A stretch of 64,000 nucleotides of DNA from Lama guanicoe (taxonomy: Eukaryota): NCBI GenBank assembly GCA_013239625.1, contig MU054187.1:12069325-12133324 (forward strand), in the 5' to 3' direction. The notes beneath the pieces were generated by a model. It worked only from the letters and a program-made list of their open reading frames with translations. It ran no database searches and had not been told where the DNA came from. Both the position numbers and the translations under genes were made by a program. Positions within the stretch are counted from its first letter, which is position 1. Every line of letters begins with the position of its first letter. Below are positions 22,401-35,689 of this stretch, one piece after another.

Positions 22401-25182
22401 AGAGGAGGGACACCTGCGTCAAGGCATTGTCATGACCGCCACCCCTGCCACACCCACCCCCGGGGATGGGGCGGGGCAGGGCCCTGGAGGTCACCTGGGA
22501 GGGACATCCATCCATGAACTGGGTCTGGATCACGCTTGTGCCTCTTCCCCTCCAGAACTTCCAGCCTCACTCCGGATGCCTGGTCTCTTGGCCAGGTCAG
22601 TCCGGCGAAATCTGGGTCAACCTCTTCATTTGACAGGGGAAACTGAAGCCCAGTGGAGTGACAGGCCGGCCTGTCCTGGATGTAAAGAAAGCCCTGAAAG
22701 AATTTAAATAAGGCCTGAGATGGGGGTTTCCTATCTAATTTCCTGCTGCCTAACTACAAATGTCTGGAAAACTTCTTTCTACTGGTCTTGAGAAACTGCA
22801 TATAAGCTCTGTACAGATACCTGCCTGTGGTATATAGAGTTTGGATTCTTTTTGGCTCAGCATTGCATTGTGAGCTCTTCCCAAAGTCCCGCAGTAGGTT
22901 TGTAGAAAGAATGGCAAACATTCTTTGGAAAACCTCAATGTTAATTAGCCACCCAACACTGTGTTGAGCCCACGTGCGAGAAACCCTGTGGCTGAATGTT
23001 TCTGTTACTGTTTTTCAGTGTCAAAAACAGTGCTGCTAAGAACATGCCTGTCCATAAATCTTTGCATTTCTAAGTCTCTATAGAATGGATTTCTAAAACT
23101 GGAAGTAATCAGATTAAAGGCCACTGACCTTTTCAAATAAGGCTTTTGCTGCACAGTGCCTAATTGCCTTCTAAAAGAGCTGTGCCAGACTGTAAGTGTA
23201 CTGAGCAGGAGAGTGCCCATTGGCTTTGATTACCCAGGAGGTTGAGCATTTGTTGTGAATGCACAAAAGTGACAAGGTGGAGATGCAGCCAGAAGGTGGC
23301 CATATGGGATCGTGCAGAGGCATCCCAGGGTAGTGCACCTTCTTTAAGTGGACCTTGAACCCACTGTACTTGGCCTCTTTAGCACCTGGGACCATTCGTG
23401 TTGTTGACTAAATGAATACATTCCACATTCCCACCTTACCTCCCATCCCTCACCCCCATAGGTCCCACCTGGTGGCTCTGAGCAGTCATCTCTCTGCCTG
23501 CTAGCACAAGACAGAAGCCTTTCAATATCCCCCATCCTCATCTTCACACCTGCTGTGCTTTCCCACTTGCCCTCCCCCCCCCCGGTGGGGGAGGTAATTA
23601 GGTTTATTTATTTAGTCTTGGGGATCCCACTTGGTCTTTACCTCTGTCCTGGCCCTCCCCTGTCCACGCTGTTATATACCCTGGGTGGCTTAACACTTTG
23701 GTTCTACAGTAATGACAATAAAGCGGAGGCCAGATCTCATCTTTCATACATTCATTCATTTATTCATTCAATAAATATTTATCCAGTCTTCTGTTCTAAT
23801 GGGGTCTTATGCTTATTGGGAACACAGAAGCAAATGATACTGATACTAGGATCTGACATTTACTGAACACACACTAAATGTCTTACAGCACATGATGGAT
23901 GAGGTTAGGTGCACGATTTTACTTACTCCTTATACAGCCCAGTCAGGTGAGCACTATTGTTCCCCTCATGTTACAGATAAAGGAACAGATGCCTACAGAA
24001 ACTAAAGGTCACACAACTGGTTACATGGTGGAGTCTCAATCCAAATCCAGGCAGCCAGCACCCAAAGCTAGATTCCAGAAGGGTGAGGAGTGTTCCAGGC
24101 AGAAGGGACACAACTGGCAAAGGCCCCGAGGCAGAGAGTAGTTTGGCTTGTTTAAGAAACTGCCAGAAGGCTAGGGTGGCCAGAGCTGAGGGGAGTGTTT
24201 CAGGAAGGACTGGAGAGCTTGTAGGTTAAGGTTAAAGATTTTGGACTATACGTGAGAGACAATGGATTTGTGTTTTGAAAGGATGCCTCAGGCTAGGAAG
24301 GAAAGGACCCAGGGAGGGGCAAGAGGAAAGGCAACAGCTACTGCATCGGTGGGGTGGAGAGGATGGGCCTTGGGCTCCTGAGATGAAATGTGTGAACTGG
24401 AACTGAGATGTGACAACCAGCTTCCTGGGATGGGAGGTGGTGGGACCATTCCCAAGATAGGGATCCAGTGAGTGGTCAGTTTTGCAGGAAAGAGTTTAAG
24501 TTTAGTTTTAGATGCGGGTAAAACCAGTTGTCTCCGAGACACAGAAATTCTGAGCAGGGAGTCAGGTCAGAAAGTGGGAACTGGGAAGGTCGAGGTGGCA
24601 GTGGAGCCAGTGCTGGGTGTGCAGGAGACTGCGGGGACAGAGTGTGTAGTGGGATGGGATTGCAGGTTCCCAACGTGGACAGGTGAAATACAGGAAAAAG
24701 GCCTGTAAAGGTTCCAGAAGAAAAGGGGTGTGGAAGGTCAGCAGAGGGGTGCGAGTTTCAAATGCAGACCCACAGCCAGTGGAAGTTAGACTGTCCACGG
24801 GGGTCTGTGATGGAAGTCAGGCCTAGATGTAAATTTACCTCTCTTGGGGCTCATGGGGCTGACCCTCCATCCTCCTGTTCCAATTCTGTTCCAGCAGAAC
24901 ATAATTCTGAAGTGACTTTTAGGGCTTTTCTTTGTGGTTTGTTTCAGATTTTCATATTTATTCTCACCTAACAAAAAAAAGAGGGCATCATTTAATGAAA
25001 GAACACTTACATGTCCCTGGGTCTCTTGTCATTACTCATAGTTTCCGCTATGTGTGCGGTTTAGCCACAACAAGTGAATGCAATTGAATATTTTAAAATC
25101 TCTGCAGAACTGCACTAACAAAAATAATGAAACAAGTTCTGAGCCCTAATCTTTAGAAAACATCAACCTGCAAGTCCCAATC

Positions 25183-25190
<8 letters not shown>

Positions 25191-25213
<23 letters not shown>

Positions 25214-25345
25214 GAGTAAAGGTAGCTTTATTGAAAGGCAAGGGAAAGGCCACAATGTGTGGGGATTGGGTACTCAGATTAAAAGCAGGTACACACTCCA
25301 TAGACAGAGTGCAGGCCGTCTCCAAAAAGAGACAGAGAGAGAGGC
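25191..25345 (-). mobile_element. Short retroposed polyadenylated RNA resembling an ERV LTR R region, with 15-bp TSD
   Basis: CCCAATCCTTTTCTT (25176) / CCCAGTCCTTTTCTT (25346); minus strand ends AATAAAGCTACCTTTACTC(A)n; LTR resemblance judged by eye. Confidence 0.7.
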
Positions 25346-26564
25346 CCCAGTCCTTTTCTTAGTTCCCTCAAAGACGAGTCTCATTTGGGCATTATTTTTT
25401 CCCCAACAGAACTGATTCTCTTACCAACCATTGAGTCCCTCCTGTGCAAGACACACAGGTGCTGAGACACCCAGATTAGATGCTCACTAATTATTCCATG
25501 GAAGAAGGACAGGAGGGAGGAAGAGAAAAAGAACGGGAACAAAGAGGAAGATGATTCTGGGTGTAAAAGAGCTCACAATTGGTGGTGAAGATCTTCTGTA
25601 AATAACTAACGGATATTTGGTAAAATAATGATGGTACACTTATTTCTTAAGAACATGTTTGGAAATGAATCTTTGTGAGCTCTGAATCACACAGGCATGC
25701 AAATATGGAATGTTTTATGCAAGACGAATAACTTTAAATAGAGTATAAAGGTGGTGGGTTTGTATTTACAGTGAAAAATACACTCCAATCGCCCTGCATG
25801 TTCTCAAAATGCAGTACGCTGCGTGATGGCATGATTTCAGCATATCTGCTTTTTAGCTAGTTATCAACCAATCATTAAGTGAGTAAACTCTTCACCCAGG
25901 GAATGCTGATGGCAGCATTAGCCATAAATAAATAAGCTAATATGTACAATAGCTAAATGAATAGACTTTTCCTTGGTGTTTTATGGCCTGGAAAGAATGC
26001 AGCTTTTCATTAAAGGACTCATTTGAAAATGTGGAAACTGATACTGCCGCAGCTCCGAGCCCTCTGCCCATTGATAATGGCCTCTGGATTGATAGTGAGG
26101 GCCGGAGACTGATGTCCATTTACTTTAGCAAAGATTGTTATTGAATGAAACCTTTAATGGGGGTGTTTATGACCCCACTCAGCTAAGAGCTCAGGAGGAG
26201 AGTCTTCCCCTCCACCTTGATGGCTCTTAGAGAATCAATACAGGTAATGTCAGCTGGTGGTTAGGCATCCTGTAAACAGAAAGGTAGAGCTGAAATGGAA
26301 ACTGACAGGTAGCCACTTAGAAGGTCTGGAGTGAACACTCTGAAAGTGGAGCTCCTCTGGGGAGCGGGGGAGTGTCCTGCCATCCCATTACAGTCAGTGC
26401 TGGGATCAGACAGGAAAGGATTAGGAACAAAGCCTCAGCAGCAGGGAAAAGCCACTCAGCTTAGGAAAGGCCTTCCATCAGGGCTTCAGGGCGGTATTCT
26501 TAGAGCCCAGAATTCACATGGCTTGTTCATTTGTAGTAGCTGTCGGTGGTCTCATTTTTAAAGA

Positions 26565-27020
26565 AATTGTGGTAAAATACACAGAAAATTTACCATCTTA
26601 ACCATTTTTCAGTGTGCAGTTCAGTGGCATTAAGGACTTTTCACACTGCTGTGCAGCCAGTTCCACCATCCAGCTCTAAGACTCTTTTTTCATCTTGCAA
26701 AAGCTCTGTATCTGTGAAATACTAACTCCCCGGTTCCCCTCCTGGCCACCCCAGCCCAGGCGGCCATGGTTCTGCTTTCTGTCTCTATGAATCTGACTAC
26801 TCTAGGCACCTCATATAAATAAAATCAACAGTATTTGTCCTTTTGTGACAGGCTTGTTTCACTTAGAATAGTGTCCTCAAGGTTCATTCGTATTGTAGCA
26901 TGTCATAATGTTCTTCCTTTTTAAAATGAAATTCTATTCCACTGAATGTACAGACCACATTTTGTTTACCTGTCATCTGTTGATGGACATGGGGTTGTTT
27001 CCACCTTTTGGCTACTGTGT
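26565..27020 (-). mobile_element. L1MB-type 3' fragment
   Basis: AAATTTACCATCTTAACCATTTT..., CTTTCTGTCTCTATGAATCTGACTACTCTAGG. Confidence 0.8.
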
Positions 27021-27107
27021 GGTCTCCTTTAGTGACCCTAAATTCACTTATTCATCTTCCGTAGACAGCAGTTTGTTTTTGTTTTTAGGATTTAAAAATT
27101 TTTTTAC

Positions 27108-27205
27108 ATTTTTTTCCCCTTAACAGAGGCACTAGGGATTGAACCCAGGACCCCCTGCATGCCAAGCACTCGCTCTACCACTGAGCTATACCAACCCCCC
27201 ACCCC
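27108..27205 (-). mobile_element. tRNA-derived SINE (Vic-1-like)
   Basis: Same head motif; flanking GACAGCAGTTT duplication. Confidence 0.85.
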
Positions 27206-28980
27206 AGACTCCTGACAGCAGTTTTAAGACTCCAGGGCCCAGAAAACCTTCCTGAGATTCTTAGGAAAACAATGCTTGGTTTGAAGTCTCCTCCCCTCTT
27301 CACCCACCCTGAGGTTTCATAAGCACTTCCCCGTAATTCTTAACCTCAGGCAAGTTTGAGAAACTTGGCTTCAGCTCCATAGGGACCCCTTTACTAGCTA
27401 TAAGCCCGTCTTGTTTGGGATCTAAAACATTACAAGCTTGATAAATGGATGGCTGGTTGTATTTCTTTCAAAATTCAGATTCTTGGTCTTGCAGTATGTT
27501 ATCTATTATTAGAAAGTTAGGGGCCAGCACTATCTCAGAGGTTGAATAAGTAAACAGCTGTAACCACAAACACACACTTCTCATTTTACATCTAAAATCA
27601 GTTTTCAAACCCAGATTGATAGGCCACTTGACTGACATATGGGTTGTGGGATTAGGTTTCTCAGAGAGAATCTCCCATTCTGCATTTAAGTATTTCTGTA
27701 ATTAAGGAAATTCACACACAGACCTGCATTTTTTAGTCTCTCTTGACATTTTGTATTTGTTAGTCAAGTAATACAGACTGAAAAACCTGACACTCTTTGG
27801 AAGAACAATGGCATACAAGTCCCCAGGTAACTAGTGGACCAGGAGAGGCCTTTGTGACCTGCAAGCTGACAATGGCCGAAACTGCAGACTGGCCTTGCTC
27901 AAGGCTCTGCCCCCAGGAACCTCCCCTGGGGTGTTTGTGAGTCTGCAGATCAGAACTCCAGGGCTGTGCAGAGCCTAAAGGGGCTTGCACTCGAGTGCTG
28001 TCTCCAGCACTGGCCTTTCCAGGCTCTTCAGTCCTCCCCTTTGGCAAATGCAAAAGACTAGATTCCTGTATCATGCCTGCTCTTGAAACTACCCAGCCCT
28101 AGGCTCCCAGTCACCACAGAAGGTTTCAGGCCCTCGAGGTATGGGAATAAAAGACCTGCCCAGGGCTGGCCCAGCGGGGTATGGGTTTGAAGGGATTTGG
28201 TGTTTAACAGGGAAACACAGAAAGCAGCCTCCCTCTAACGGAGAACCTGCAAGAACAAGACAAACAGCCTATTTTTAGTGGAAGGGAGTTTCAAAATCAA
28301 ATTTAAGACAATGTAGCGTTGGCACCTTTAAATAAGATAACCCTGGAGAGTGCAATTCACCAAGATGACTCAGCTTCCTTCCCTGGTTCACCACATCTTT
28401 GCACTTTGCAGCAACAGAGGGTGAGAAAATCTTTCCAAAGGAAAAAAAGAAGAAAAATCCTCTCATCATCAGAAACAAGCTGTTTTCCCTCTCAGTCGTT
28501 TTGCTGTATCAAATTGGTTAAGAATGGGGGGAGGGGGGAGTCACATATTAGGCCATACAATCAAATCTTACAACATAGTTTTTTAATTAGCATTTTAAAG
28601 ATGATTGATACAGAGATGTCAAATAGAAAACACCATGGAATCAAATGGAAAAACACTTTACATTTTTAAAAACCACGAATGGAATTTCAATCCCTTTGGT
28701 ATATTTTCTTGATAACAAACTGCTTTCAACACAAAGTACCATGCTAGAAAAAAATCCAAAACAAATTTCACAGATTTATAGATAGATATTTACATACCAT
28801 TAAAACACACAATTTAGCCCACTTTTTAATATGAGGTTACAAAAATCCTGAGATAATTTAAGATGAGAAAGAATGACAGTAAAAGAATATTTTGTCCTGA
28901 GATCACATGTAAAATTCTTTACCCTAGTTGTAATCAGAGCTAGATATCTCACTTCAAAATACTATAATTTATTTTTGGTA

Positions 28981-29069
28981 GGGGGTGGGTATAGCTCAGT
29001 GGTAGAGTCCACGCTTAACATGCACAACATCCTGGGTTCAATCCCCAGTACTCTCATTTAAAAAAAAAC
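28981..29069 (+). mobile_element. tRNA-derived SINE (Vic-1-like)
   Basis: GGTATAGCTCAGTGGTAGAG...CCTGGGTTCAATCCCCAG plus A tail. Confidence 0.85.
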
Positions 29070-29503
29070 TTTTTTTTGTGAAGTTACTTTAAGCCCACAA
29101 AGCAATAAACTTTAAGTTCTTTGCAGCAACAAAAGTATTTTGTACTTTATATTTCCTGAATAAATAACTTCTTAAAATAAAGGAGAAAATACTGTTTTCT
29201 ATGAAATTCCCATACTTTATGTAGAGATCATCAATGAAGGAGAAATTTATCTCTATTTTATAGTATTCTTAACGCTGTTTTTTTTTTCAAAATAATTTTG
29301 GTTATTCTATTTTGATATTATGTCAATGAACAAAAAAGTGCTGTGATATATTTGAGTTAAATGTTTCTATGGAAAGAATATATAAATTTGCTCTCCTGAA
29401 CTTTTTGGAGAGTGTCCATAAAAATAACAGTTCAGGGCAATTACTGCCCCTAAAAAGTCATAAAGCATTCTGCAAAAGAAAAAAAAATATATATATATAT
29501 ATT

Positions 29504-29622
29504 TGGGGTGGGTAGGGAAGGTAATTAGGTGGAGGTAATTTATTTATTTAATTTAGGTACTGGGGATTGAACCCAGGACCTTATGCATGCTAAGCACACG
29601 CTCTACCACTGAGCTATACCCT
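29504..29622 (-). mobile_element. tRNA-derived SINE (Vic-1-like)
   Basis: Same family motifs; flanking CATTCTG(C/A)AAA duplication. Confidence 0.85.
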
Positions 29623-32258
29623 TTCTCCTTCATTCTGAAAATATTTAAAACTGCCATGAATGAAACACTGTGCAGACTGTCACATCAAAATTAGAACCAC
29701 CAATAGACCATCTAGGATGGTGTCTGTGATCATACCTCTATCATACTGTGAGCGGCCGTTTCTCTAAACCCCAATTTACCACGTACTCTCTGGGTACAAA
29801 CCCATTTATGACTTTACAGCCACAACTCGGCGCCTACTGCAGGCCCCACAGAGGTCCCAAACATCTGTCTGCTTTGTCCACTGCAACTGCCAGCTTCCCT
29901 GAGTCCTAAAAGCACACCCGGAGGGCCCATTAAGAGCTCCCTCAATATCACACATGCCTCTTTACTTTAAGCCTTTCTTCCCCCAGGGTTCAGATGTCCT
30001 TTTTTATTACCACCCCTCCTTTTATTTTTTTACTTAATAAATGAACAGATAACATTTATCATCAGACATAGACTCAGATAGAGAAAAAGAATGTAAGCAG
30101 AGAAATTAACTCACAAGAAGGTCTCTAAATCCCATCGACCAAGCTAGTGGCTGAGAAAGTTCCGTGCTTCCAACAGTAAATGACAGCTGTGTTCTGTTGG
30201 TATCCCTATCCATTATAACCAAGAAGAGCACACTTTGACCTGCAATCTGCATTCTAATGGTTCCTCCTATTGAACCACTTTGTGATTTTGCCAAGTCACC
30301 CAGCTACTCAGTTTTACTCACCAATAGGTTGCAGGGACTGAGAGGATATAAATCAAATAAAGTGCCGGTTCTCAAGCTTTGCTGGGTCCCCCCCTGGAAC
30401 TTCTGATTTAGTAGATATTAGGTGGGGTTAGAGAATTTATTTGCCTTTCTAACAAGTTTCCAGGTGATGCTGATACTGCTGGTCCAGGAACCACTGAAAA
30501 TCTATGTATCAATAATAAAATTCACATAATTCTATCTGCCCTTTGCCTTCATTGACAGATTAAGGAGTTTTAGTTCAACTCTTTCCATGTGGTAATTTTT
30601 CTTCTACTCTTGTCTTAGTCCAGTTTTTTATTCTTATTGCTATAAGCTTATCTAAATTATCTTTAGGAATAGGTGAGACACACATTTTAAAGAAACATAA
30701 GAGAGTTTAAGATAAGTACCAAACGAAGATGTTATGAATTAACTGTATTTTCCAAATCAAAACTTGATATATGTAACCCGGTCAATATGACCAAAACTTT
30801 GTATAAACAGGTCAGATTAAATAAGGGGTTCCAGTTAGAGTGGGCATGCATGATTCACACACTGAGGGATTATTTGGGATGCATGCATTTTGGAATTAGT
30901 GCTAGAAAAGAGGGAAAAAAAATTTTTTTTCACGTTCCTTTGCTAGCATTCTGATTCAAAGAACAAAGTAGTTAATTTGAATTATTCAACTAGTGAAAAA
31001 GCTGGCATTGCACCAGTTCCTGATGTCTTGCTTTACTGTTTGGTTTTAAAATAATGTTCAAATCCAATACACCGTAAGAAATATACTTTGAACTAGCAGT
31101 CAGAGAAAGGCTGCCTAATTACAGGATGAGCCCTGATCTTTTCAAAAGACCATTGTTCTGACTTAATTAACATGAACTAAAACAGCCCTAAAACAACGGG
31201 GCACATTCCCATTAGGATAAATTACTCAGACCTAGTCAACGCAGCCAAGGATTCCCCAGAGGAAAATCTATCACTGTCTTTTCCACCTGCACTACATCTC
31301 TTTCTCAGAGGACTCTGCCACAGCTGGGAGCCTCCCTCTGGAAGGGGCATCTGTTCCACACTGAAACTGCTCCATTTTGAGACATGGACCCTGCATAAAG
31401 AGTGAAGAAAAATCCTAGGTAGCCAACAGAGTCATGACTAGGGATGTGACCTAGCAGATGGGTAGCAATGCTTGCCTATGATGCATTTTTATTCTGGGCT
31501 CCAATTTTCCATGTGAATTTTTAAAAGTTTGCTGTTGCTTGCCTTCATATAGGAAACAATGGGACCGTTAACAGAAAAACGCTCCTTCCTTTCGTAGCAG
31601 GAATCGTAAGTTGAGCATCATGGGTTCATTAAGAGGCTGGGCTTTGGGGTCAGGCAAACCTGGCTTTGCCTCTTAGAGGCAAATGTGGTGCCACTTCCCT
31701 CCCCCCTCAGCCTTGATTTCCTCATCTGTAAAGAGGTAAACTCACAGGGTTCATGCTTTACCATGATGGCTACGTTTACCCACATGAGATGACACTGTCT
31801 CCCTGCCTATTAGAAAAGATGATCTCCACATGCTTGTCAGCCTTGTGACCATGTATATGGCATCGTCTATATGAGCACTGACCAGCTAATTAGAAGACCC
31901 ACCAAAATTTCCACTTGTCTCTACATCAGGAATAAAATCAGGTTTTAAAACTAGAGCAATATAAACACACTAATTTATTTTTCAGCCTACTGCAAGGTTT
32001 AGCCTTTCCTTTGGTTTTAACTTTTCTTCCTCAACTGGTAAAGGTCACAGATGGTCGGGTGAATAAGTAACTTCTGTGTCCTCCAAGTAATTCTGTTGGG
32101 TGCTAAACGAACTATTAACAGGTATTTGTCATATGATGGGGGAGGGGTAGAAACTAGGGGTTTAAAAATGAATCCAAATAAAGATGGGGGCTTAATTCAT
32201 GTCTGAACACTTAGTTACAATACTGCTAAAGTTCAGGCTTGAATGAATTTTTAAAGAA

Positions 32259-32264
32259 TTTATT
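32259..32264 (-). terminator. PRDM14: Candidate PRDM14 polyadenylation signal AATAAA
   Basis: TTTATT on the + strand about 430 nt past the stop codon. Confidence 0.6.
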
Positions 32265-32694
32265 CTATCAAGAAATATAACAGGGGATGGCTACAGGCAT
32301 ATTATAATCGGGGACCCGAGGCAAATAGTAGAGAAAAAGCCTCCTTTTTTTTTCATCATGTAATCAAAAGACTCTACTCCTAGTCCCTGAAATGAAATAC
32401 AGTCCCTCTCAGGGTTGATGTTGAGTTTCCAGACCTTGAAGCCCTATTAGCAGTCAGTTTTCACAATTTCTAGTTGAATTCACCAAAAGTCCATTCTTTT
32501 AAGAAACTGTGAAAACCATTTCTGCAAACACTGCTAAAACCGCAGTCAGTAAACCTGGTAAATTCTGCTAATTGGTCAGTTCCATCATTCTGTTTCTCAT
32601 CTCAATATAACTATCATTTTTTCACAAGACACAGCCATACACAAGAAATATCAAGACAGAAATACAAAGACATTGTCCTCAAACTCTCAGAGGG

Positions 32695-32922
32695 CTAGTA
32701 GTTTTCATGAAACCTCATGTGGGAGTAGAAGGTGTCCTGATCTGCGAAGGTTTTCCCACAGATGCTACAGAAGCAGCCATCATCCTCCCTGTGTGAGCGT
32801 CGGACATGGCTGTCGTGGGCAGCGTGGGACGCGAAAGATTTGCCACAGTACTTGCACTTGAAGGGCTTCTCCCCGGAGTGCTGCCTGATGTGTGTGCGGA
32901 GTATACTGGAGGCAGAAAACTT
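32695..32922 (-). CDS. PRDM14: PRDM14 exon 8 coding part (last zinc fingers; TAG stop at 32697-32695)
   Basis: KFSASSILRTHIRQHSGEKPFKCKYCGKSFASHAAHDSHVRRSHREDDGCFCSICGKTFADQDTFYSHMRFHENY*; exon lengths sum to 1716 nt = 571 aa + stop. Confidence 0.96.
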   Translation of the reverse strand, partial: KFSASSILRTHIRQHSGEKPFKCKYCGKSFASHAAHDSHVRRSHREDDGCFCSICGKTFADQDTFYSHMRFHENY

Positions 32923-33594
32923 CTGCAGAGAACAGAAAGCAGCAGAAAAAGTAAACTTTCATTAGCTGGACAACCAATTAGACAAAGGGGTTGATGTCAT
33001 TGTCACTGATGCTTCTGTCACCCCCGAGTTCTCCAACCAAGGAACCTTCGGCTTTAATGCCACAGAGCACTCTTGGTCATCAGGAGCTGCCTTAATACAA
33101 AAGGACACGACTGCTGTATTGTTCTGGATGATTTTGAGTAGCCCTGGTTAGAACAGTGGCTCTCCAGTGGCCAAGACTACCTGGGGGTCTAGTCAAAAAT
33201 GCAGACTGACCACCTTACCTGCGAAGCATCCTGCTAAGTATACTCTTTGGGGTAATAAGGAAACTGCATTTAAGCAAGCAGGTCTTTGTATTATTATTAT
33301 TATTGAAGTATAATCTATTCACAATGTTGTTAATTTCTGGTGTACATTACAGTAATTCATTTCTACATACATATATTCCTTTTCATGTTCTTTTTCATTA
33401 TAGGCCATTACAAGGTATTGAATTTAGTTCCTGGTGCTGCACAGTAGGACCTTGTTGTTTAAGCAAGCAGTTCTGATGCAAGTGATCCCAGGATCACACT
33501 TCAAGATAAACTGCATTACAGAAGGAGTACTTAATACTGGCCAATGTCTTTGCATAAATCAGTAATTACTGGTTTCTTTCTTCTTTTTCTTAAC

Positions 33595-34745
33595 TTAAAC
33601 ATTTTGAGATAATTGTAGGTTCACGTGCAGTTAGAAGAAACAATACAGATTCTATATACCCTTTACCCAGTTTTCCCCAATGGTTGTATCTTACTAAACT
33701 GTAGGACAATATCCCAACCAGGATACTGAGATTGATAGAGTCAAGATACAGGGAGGGTGTAGCTCAGTAGTAGTGTGTACTTAGCAGCCATGAGTCCTGG
33801 CTTCAATCCCCAGAACCGCTATTATGAATAAATAAATAAACCTAACTACCTCCCCCTCCCCCCCAAATAAAATAATTTAATTTAAAAAAGATACAGAACA
33901 TTTCCATCATAAGGACCCTCAAGAGTCCTCAAAATAGAAAGAAAAAAAAAAAATCCGGACAGCCCAAGGCCTCAGCTGTCACACGCATCAGAGCCCGTTG
34001 CTGTAGGTAGCCCGAGGCTGGCTTTGGGAACTGCACTACAGGTGAGGCGTCAACCAACGGCAGATAGCAAAGGAGCTGTAGCAAAGCAGAGGTCAAGGCA
34101 GACAGATTGGAGGGCGAGAGGAAAGGAAGACGGCGGACAACTTACAGGGAGAAGTGCAAGAAAAGCCACGTGTTTACCAAGCTCATTTGCCAATCACAGA
34201 AAAGCAGAACTTATCCATTTTCAAAGGGAAAATAAATATCTCCACGGCTACCAAAAAACAGAGGAGGGGAGGGGACGGATGGGCATAGCCTCCCACTCCG
34301 ACTGTTTTCTTAAGCCAGGGCAACCACTCATCTGTTCTCCATTTTTAAAATTTTACTATTTGAAGAATGTTATGCACATGCAGGTACAGTATGTAACCTT
34401 CTGGGATTGGCTGTTCTCACTCAGGATGATTCTCTGCAGATTCACTGAGGCTGTTCTGCGTACAATGGCTCACCCTTTTGCATGGCCGAGGAGTAGTCCA
34501 CAGTGTGGAAGTCTACAGTTCATTAATCACTTACCCATTGAAAGACTTCTGGGTTATTTTCAGTTTGGGGCTTTTATGAATAAAGCTGCTACTAAGGTTT
34601 TTGTATGAACGCATAAACCTTCGTTTTTCTGGGATAAGTGCCCAGGAGAGCAAGTGCTGTGTTGTATGGCAGTTATAAGTTTAATTTTTAAAGAAACTGT
34701 CGAACAGTTTTCTGGAGCGGCTGTACCATTTTCAATTCCTAAGCA
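33595..34745 (-). mobile_element. L1MB/MC-type 3' fragment in PRDM14 intron 7, interrupted by a SINE and an unknown insert
   Basis: TTTTGAGATAATTGTAGGTTCAC..., CAGTTTGGGGCTTTTATGAATAAAGCTGCT. Confidence 0.75.
33751..33887 (+). mobile_element. tRNA-derived SINE (Vic-1-like) nested in L1
   Basis: Family motifs; AAGATACAG duplicated on both sides. Confidence 0.8.
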
Positions 34746-35689
34746 CTTTGCTGTTTTTATATATCTTTTTAAAAATTTTTTTTGAAGTAAAGTCAGTTTA
34801 CAATGTTGTGTTAATTTCTGGTGTACAGCACAGTGATTCAGTTATGTATATATGCATATACCCTCTTTTTCATATTCTTTTCTATTTACATACCTTTTCT
34901 TTGCTACTTTTTTCTTTCCCTTACTTACAACCTTTCCCCTAATTCATTTCAATACTCTGCTCTGACCTTTGTCATTTTCAAGTATTTATTAGAGATGTGA
35001 TGATTCTGTTTTGGGCGTCCATTGACAGTGATATAAAACATCAGGTTAAACCAGTGACCTTGGATGTGGGGGGCTGGGAGAGAAGCACTCGACATTGGGG
35101 TGTCCTGGACACATGTGGGGTTGGGCCACTGCTCCGTCAGGAGCATAGAGGGTGCTTGCCTAGAACACCCAGACCAGGACCATCTCCATCGGCTTAAGTA
35201 ACAGGAGTCTAATGTGTAAGTCAGAATGCCAGACAGCTCTTTCCGACCCAAGTGCATGCAGTTCCTCTTCAGACACCTCTCATCCCCAGGTCAGCTCCAA
35301 GTCCGAAGTGAGGATCAGAATTAGAATGCCAGAAACAGGAAGGGTGGTGGGCTGTTTTGACGTTGCTCCTGGAATCCTGCAGGAGACCATTTATCCGCCA
35401 GGGCAAACAGCTCGTTCACACAGATCCAGGGCCACCTTCCTCATGTTTGTGCTGGCTCCACAGGGGCCGGCTATGTCTCAGCCCCATTCTGCCACACTGA
35501 TTATTTCCGTTCTATTGACACAGCTTCTTTGGTAGTACTCGTTTCCCTAAGCCTGGTAGACTTTTACTCCTGCTTTGTTCCTCTCTGGGAGGTTTAGAGG
35601 TCACCCTAAGGGAACCTAGATTCCTTTGATGACTTCATTATTAAAAAAAAGTAAATGACTCAGTGATAGAATCAGCAGGTTCCAGTGCT

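Noticed and set aside
28981..29069. tRNA genes at the GCTCAGTGGTAGAG...GGTTCAATCCC motifs
   Set aside because: They carry A-rich tails, TSDs and divergent bodies and recur about ten times, so they are SINE heads
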